Below are positions 55,665 to 64,000 of a stretch of DNA of 64,000 nt, piece by piece (within the stretch, counting starts at the first letter, position 1; each line of letters begins with the position of its first letter). Location: positions 116,064,001 through 116,128,000 of the forward strand of contig OX597816.1 in the NCBI GenBank assembly GCA_951406725.2. Direction: 5' to 3'. The stretch comes from Octopus vulgaris (lineage: Eukaryota). Under the pieces are notes generated by a model. The model did no database searches, was not told where the DNA came from, and saw only the letters and a list, made by a program, of their open reading frames with translations. A program made the translations under genes and the position numbers.

Positions 55665-55877
55665 ATTTCTATTAGAGACACAAGGCCTGAAATTTGGGGC
55701 AGGGAGATAGTCGATTACATCAACCCCCAGTACTCAACTGGTACTTACTTTATCGACCCTGAAAGGATAAAAGGTAGAGTTGAACTTCGCGGAATATGAA
55801 CTCAGAACGTAGTGACGGGTGAAATGCCGCCTAGCATTTCGTTCGGCGTACTAACGAGTCTGCCAGCTCACCGCCTT
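55665..55877 (-). mobile_element. SINE family B monomer
   Basis: ggcggtgagctggcagactcgttagtacgccg head; atcgaccctgaaaggataaaagg body; cacaaggcctgaaattt tail. Confidence 0.85.
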
Positions 55878-55911
55878 ATAATAGTAATGATGATGATGAT
55901 AATGATGATAT

Positions 55912-56110
55912 TAAGACTACTGGAGCTGCTGTCAGGCTCGAAGTGATCCAGAAGACAGCATTGTTGGCTACAGCTCGCATTCTAAGGATAGTATTGTCTC
56001 TTTTGAGTCACAAGAGAAGGCACTACTTGAAACCTTTGGTGGTTTGTTATTGCCTGCTTTCAAGTAAAGAACAACCGGTAATAAAGAATTATCCGAGAGT
56101 CTTTCAGAGT
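55912..56110 (+). pseudogene. 3' tip of an R4/Dong-like RLE retrotransposon
   Basis: GAAVRLEVIQKTALLATARILRIVL matches the R4-clade C-terminal QK..LLGTARILR.VL motif; located next to TAA/GAT repeats. Confidence 0.65.
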
Positions 56111-56114
56111 AATG

Positions 56115-56530
56115 TCAGTTGTTTGACCTTAACCAGTTGAGCATGTCCCTTAGTGGCTGACGATATGTGCATCTCTGATCACGAGCAGAAGTAGTGGGGG
56201 AGCATCATAGCCATGTGTTGAGAGGGATTCTTTGGGGTTTGAATAGTTCACCTCTGGAAACATGGGTGGTTCTTTCAACATCCTTAAACAACCCTTATTC
56301 AGGGACCGTTTGAGCGGGATGGGCTACTCAACCTGAAGAAAATTCTAACTGGGCCCCACCTGCAAGGTCATGTGCTGTTTATCTTGATATGAGATCACCA
56401 TGTCGCGCACATATGGTTCTGATGCATGTGCCTGGTGTACCTTTATCAGACGGGTAGTCATGATGGGTATATTGGGCTTCGTATATTTTACCCCAGTGTC
56501 ACTTTGATGGCATGAACTGCTCTCTCACTC

Positions 56531-56531
<1 letters not shown>
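56115..56531 (+). mobile_element. unclassified retroposon-like 3' segment running into (AAT)n
   Basis: GC-richer non-coding block ending gctctctcactc-aataataat; recalled as an abundant octopus repeat. Confidence 0.5.
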
Positions 56532-58285
<1,754 letters not shown>

Positions 58286-58425
58286 ACTACTGCTGCTACT
58301 ACACCTCTACTACACTACTGGCGCCACCAACACTGCTACAAGCACTGCCACAATCAGTTCTACCACTATCACCATCACCATCACCAACAACAACATCACT
58401 GCTGATGTTGCTACTGCTGCTGCTG

Positions 58426-58469
<44 letters not shown>

Positions 58470-58943
58470 GCTACTGCTACTACTACTACTACTACTACTT
58501 CTGTGGCTACTTCAACTATTGACGACGAATCTTCAGTAATGCTCTTGTTAGAGGCCAAGTGGTAAACCGCTGACGAACCGAGACGGAAAACCGATTTCAA
58601 TTTGCAGTCGAAGATTGATTTAATTAACTTTGGTAAAAAAGTATGAATGTCACGACAGCGGTTCCTTCTTATTCATCAAAAAACTAATAGTGTACAAGTA
58701 GTTAGGAAGTATAATTAATAAATTCGGTAGAACGCTGGCAATGAATATCATAGTTAACATTATCTCTAATTTGTAAAAATATCAGATCTTGTGCAGCATA
58801 TGAGAGAGGGAGAGAGGGAGAAAGGGAGAGAAAGAGGGAGAGAGGCAGACAGACAGACAGACAGAAAGAGAGAGAGAGAGAAAGACGGGTATTAAATTGT
58901 TACTTTTTATTTCTAAGTTAGCGTTGATAGAACAGAACTATGA

Positions 58944-59121
58944 TCACACACTCTCCAGCCATGGCCACTTCCTCCTTCTTTCCAGTAATGATGCATCTGA
59001 CACTGCTTTATCTAATGTAGCCAGAACGTTTCCAAGACTGTGCTGTGTGGTTTGTATGCGATATCTTGAAAGTTGAGCGATGTCTTGGAATCTATCTATC
59101 TCGTTTTGGCCCGAGCGACAC
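58944..59121 (-). pseudogene. possible decayed C-terminus of an RLE-type (HERO/R2-group) retrotransposon
   Basis: ...LGNVLATLDKAVSDASLLERRRKWPW loosely resembles the A..AS.W.W.KR...W terminus; bounded by (TAG)n. Confidence 0.25.
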
Positions 59122-59165
59122 TGCTGTTGTTGTTGAAGTAGTAGTATCATAGTAGTAGTAGTAGC

Positions 59166-59252
<87 letters not shown>

Positions 59253-59622
59253 TGGAGGAGGAGGAGGAGGAGGAGGTGCAAAGATAACTCACATCCTCAG
59301 CATTTCCATTCGGCTAACATAGGGCGCGTCTTCTGTGACCGAGTCACATTCCAGACGATGGGTATTCTGTAGGTACCTACCTTGTAATACGTGCTTCAAT
59401 GAACACAAGATCTGCTTACATATATCTGTTGTCACATATACAATTGAATATATATATATATATGTCAAACTTTGTCAGTGCTTGTGCGTGAATGTAACCA
59501 ACCGTGATATAGTAATACGTGTATATATATATATATGATAGGACACACACAAAATAAACAATTGCATACATACACACGCATATATATATGTGTGTGTGTG
59601 AACGTATATATACATATATGCC

Positions 59623-59681
<59 letters not shown>

Positions 59682-60416
59682 AGAAGCTTATTTTATGAAT
59701 CAAGAATACGCACATTGATGCCTACACAAATACTCACAGATTCATACATAAACACATGTGTATATACATGAGTGTTTATATAAATATATCTGAATATGTA
59801 GTGCAGGTGTCGCTCATATTTCGGTCATGGAGTATGCTGCTTTATAATGACATCTTAACAATGGAATACATTTGTATGGTAGCTTTGTACCTGTGATACT
59901 ACTATAAATATATATTTTCATGTACATGTATGTATGTATGTATGCATACATATATAAATGAATATACACACACACACATATTCTTTTTTTTGTTTGTTTC
60001 AGTCATATATATATATATATATTGAGAGAGGGAGGGAGAGAGTGAGAGAAATTGATAGAGAGATAGAAAATGGAATGAATGATTTGCTTTAAAAATCACT
60101 TCAGTTGTTTCTACACATTTTAACTCTCGTAGTACATTGGTGAGATGTTGTGTAATCATTATTATCCATCCAAGGTGTAAAATGTACTTCCTCGGGGGAT
60201 TTTCTAATTAAGTCCTTTGTCATTTCATTCAGTGTGAGAATTCATTCTGACACTTGTGGGCTAGTGTCTCACGGGCAGCTTTTGACTTTTCTATCCAAAA
60301 GATATTTTAAACAAACATTTACGCGTTATTATTTATAGTTTTATGTTTTTCTATATCAACCGTTCCGTAAAAGAATTATTTCTCGTTCTCTCAACGTTTA
60401 TAAACTTTTAATGATG

Positions 60417-60481
<65 letters not shown>

Positions 60482-60594
60482 TGTGTGTGTGTAGATACCG
60501 CGCCTTCCCCTCTCTCTGTGTATATATGTATGTGTGTGTGTGAGTGCTTATGTATATATGTATGCATATATATATATATACATGTATATATGTA

Positions 60595-60647
<53 letters not shown>

Positions 60648-61318
60648 ATAGATAGTTCATTCCTCTCATGCAGCTCCGGACAAAAACTTTTCTTAGCGTT
60701 GCCACTTTACAACATAACAAATAATACACACAAAACAACCACGAAGCTTCTCTTCAACATTTATGCTAAATGTACGTGACACCAACCATCTCTCAATGTC
60801 CCAAAATGGAAGATTGGCTTGCAGAAATAACATATTGCATCCCTTTCAAACAAAGAAGTATTTTATCACAATTTTGTCTTCAAAGATATTCTTTAAAAAC
60901 GCATATTAAATAACAGACATTTTTGGCGGATCAATTTCAATTTATAGCAAAAGCGTAAATGTACCTGCACACATGTGAAACCTGTTTTTACAGTTTCCTC
61001 CGTGGTATAATTTTTTCAAGCATATCCAGGCAACATTTGTTGGTGTAATCTGATTCTTCAATTCTTTTTATTTCTTATAATCTTTATACAAAACAAGGGA
61101 ATTGAAAACCAGTACGGAACAAACTGTGATCCGAAGCAGTAGCCTGGTCATAAATGAATTACATTACATCAAACTGAATGAATATGTAATTTTGTCTACT
61201 TTCCCAAGGGTATGGGCTATAAGGGATAATTCCCCCTAATCAAACGAAACATTTGATTGGCCCAAAAGCTTGTTTTTTTCTTCTTTGATATGTTATGCTA
61301 TATATATATGTATATGTA

Positions 61319-62235
61319 CAGGGTGTTCAATTTAAAAGTTGATTCAATTGCATTTATTGTTAGTTAAAAAGGATGTGCAATATAATGGACAAACATACTT
61401 TTACTAAAGTGCTGATTTAAAAGTTACATCAAACTGGTTACAAAATTGTTGAAATTGTTGCCCGCCACGTTGTAGACATAAGTCAACACGACGACGTTTG
61501 TTCTGGAACACATTAATCAAAACTTTACGGGTGATATTTTGGACAACATCAGTAATATCGTACACAGTTCATCAAGTGTATGCGAATTCTTTACAAACAT
61601 AGCGTCCTTGATATCTCTCTATATATATAAACGGCAGTTTGTCTGTGTGTGTTTCTGTGTGTCTGTTAGGTTGTACCCTCACCCTGGCCACGGCTTTCAA
61701 CCGATTCTGATGAAACTTGACACACACATAGCCCATGTCATAATTCAAAACTAACGCAGCGAAAATTTTGAAAAGTTCCCCCAGTTCTGAAAAAAATCGA
61801 TAAATTCGACATGGGGTCGAGAATCAGAAACACAAACCACAGACTGTCTAGGGGACGCAACTCCACCTTTTTAACTCTCAAAAATAAATTTACCATAATT
61901 TTTTTTTCATTTTTTGCTATTTTTTGGCTATAACTCTCTAAAAATGCTTTATTGTTATCTCCCTTACAAACCCGAGCAACGCCGGGCGATACTGCTAGTA
62001 GCCGAATAAAAAGAAGCCGTGAGGCGTTAAGTCAGGTGATCTGAGTGGCCAGAGGCTTTTCGTGATCAACCTGTGTTCAAAAGTTTGTCGTAAGTGAAAC
62101 AAAGTGTGGTTGCTAACATGACATGTTGTTGAGTACTGTTGAAACCATGAGTTGCTTTTTTCATTCTCAGTTAGCTGCTCAACAAACTAATCAATTATCT
62201 CACCAGAATGTTCTGAATTGAAGGTTACGAAAAAA
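61319..62235 (-). pseudogene. Tc1/mariner-superfamily transposase C-terminal remnant with one TIR, interrupted by a Helitron
   Basis: SWFQQYSTTCH...LRQTFEHRLITKSLWPLRSPDLTPHGFFLFGY|IKDAMFVKNSHTLDEL...RRRVDLCLQRGGQQFQ; terminus TA-cagggtgttc at 61317. Confidence 0.85.
61614..61998 (+). mobile_element. non-autonomous Helitron
   Basis: 5' TC(tctctatatatataaa), GTCT-like microsatellite, 3' hairpin cccg-agcaacgc-cggg, terminal CTAG; inserted between A and T with no TSD; removing it restores the G-Y-I-K frame. Confidence 0.9.
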
Positions 62236-62236
62236 T

Positions 62237-62505
62237 CGAGGATGAAAGGCAAAGACGATCTCGGCGGAATTTGAACTCGGAAAGTAACGGCAGACGAAAT
62301 ACGGCTACGCATTTCACCCGGCGTGCTAATGAATCAGTAAGCTCGCCGTCTTAATAATAATAATCCTTTCTACTACAAGCAAAAGAGCTGAAATTTTGGG
62401 AGAGGGGACAAGTCGATTGCATCGACCCCAGTGTTTCACTGGAACTTAATTTATCGAACCCGAGAGGATGAAGGGCAAAGTCGATCTCGGCGGAATTTGA
62501 ACTCT
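62237..62505 (-). mobile_element. two SINE family B partial copies
   Basis: gatgaaaggcaaagacgatctcggcggaatttgaactc at ~62241 and a homologue at ~62467. Confidence 0.85.
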
Positions 62506-62507
62506 AA

Positions 62508-62892
62508 GCACAAGGCCTTGAAAATTTTGGGAGGACGAAGGATAGTCGATTACATCGACCTCAATGCAAAACGAGCACTTATTTCATCGATTCCGAAAGG
62601 ATGAAAGGCAAAGTTGACCTCGGCGGAATTGAACTCAGAACGTATTGGCAGACGAAATACTTGTTTCTTTACTAACCACAAGGGGCTAAACACAGAGAGG
62701 ACAAACAAGGACAGACAAACGGATTAAGTCGATTATATCGACCCCAGTGCGTAACTGGTACTTAATTTATCGACTCCAAAATGATGAAAGGCAAAGTCGA
62801 CCTCGGCGGAATTTGAACTCAGAACGTAACAGCAGACGAAATACGGCTACGCATTTCGCCCGGCGTGCTAACAATTCTGCCAGCTCACCGCT
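62508..62892 (-). mobile_element. SINE family B, dimeric form
   Basis: Same two-unit structure and cagacgaaatac junction as 8800-9200. Confidence 0.88.
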
Positions 62893-63207
62893 TTATATAA
62901 TAATGATGATAATAATAACAATAAAATCTTTTTAATAACAATAATATGAACAATTACATCCACAACAGGAATACAAGTAGCGCGAAGTAAAACTTAAAAG
63001 AAAATTTCAATGTTTGCTACAGCATTATTGATCAGTATTAATTTGTATACAATATGGAAATATGCACTTCCAAATACATATAAACAAATAAGATTAGCAG
63101 CAACAAAATCAATGATAAACAATAGCTGTAAAACCAGTGCAATACAAATCCAAATAGATGCAAATATGCAACCTACTGCATCAACAAACACAACAATCGC
63201 AAACAAA

Positions 63208-63223
63208 AATGATGATGATGATG

Positions 63224-63278
<55 letters not shown>

Positions 63279-63885
63279 TGATAATAATAATGATGATGAT
63301 GATGATGATTATCATCATCATCATCATCATCATCGCCGTCATTGTCGTCACCGTCGTTGTCATCGTCAAAGTCGTTGTCTTCATCTTCACCGTCGACGTT
63401 GTCATCATTATAATCATCATCATTGTCGTTGTCGTCATCATCGACGTTGTCATCATCATTTTCATTATCATCCTCATCGCCGTCATGACCACCACCACCA
63501 CCACCACCACATCATCATCATCATCATCGTCCTCGACTAAACCAAAAATAAAAAACAGTAAAAAAAACATTATAAAACAACACATTCATCATTACCGTTG
63601 CTTCCACCACCGCCATCACCACTATAATCATCATCATCAGCAGCAGCAGCAGCAGCAATATCAGCAACAATGCTACAATTATTAACAACCCAATCATCAT
63701 CATCATCATCATTAGCACCGTCATCACCTTCACCATCATGTTATCACGATCGACGCCATCACAATCATCATCTTCATCACTATTGCAATCATCGTAAATA
63801 CCATTATCAGCATCAACACCACCTCCACCACCACTACTAGCATAACCATCTTCATGAACAACAACAACAACAACAACAACAATAC
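63208..63885. repeat. mosaic trinucleotide array (AAT/GAT/CAT/CAC/CAG/CAA)
   Basis: Direct reading. Confidence 0.9.
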
Positions 63886-64000
63886 AAACAAAGCAATTAA
63901 ATGCCAGTTTGCCTTCCAGAAGAAAAACTATTGAAAACATGTCTGCCAGCTATTCTTTCAGTTATCATTTGCTCGAAGCTGAACTATCTTTCATTTTTAT

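Noticed and set aside
58555-58600. CTGACGA-a-ccg-aga-cgg-aaaa hammerhead-like motif
   Set aside because: No NUH site with matching stem I/III, and GAAA is not in register
62237-62892. CRISPR-like repeated units
   Set aside because: Clustered SINE copies in eukaryotic DNA; no repeat-spacer regularity and no cas genes

Overview
AT-rich, microsatellite-saturated eukaryotic DNA. The SINE families and repeat landscape look like an Octopus (cephalopod) genome; this is recognition from memory, not a database hit. I can support no host protein-coding gene, and almost all listed ORFs are simple-repeat artefacts. The window is a transposon graveyard: a frameshifted RTE-clade LINE ending at an N-gap (48.4-51.1 kb), Penelope-like (PLE) GIY-YIG/RT remnants, CR1-like and R4/Dong-like 3' ends, two Tc1/mariner remnants (one a fold-back of two 5' ends, one split by a non-autonomous Helitron), about 20 tRNA-SINE copies of at least three families, and a 1.75-kb higher-order (AAT)/(GAT) array. 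The most notable signal is a dense set of type-I hammerhead ribozymes read directly from the sequence: five loci with intact cores (32203-, 48101+, 51772-, and a mirror pair 52953-/53213+), one near-intact (34802+) and several decayed. They sit in short non-coding direct-repeat or fold-back modules between microsatellites. Each family has a different palindromic helix III, and two carry the U3-A8 core covariation. This points to a diverse set of non-autonomous PLE-derived or retrozyme-like elements.
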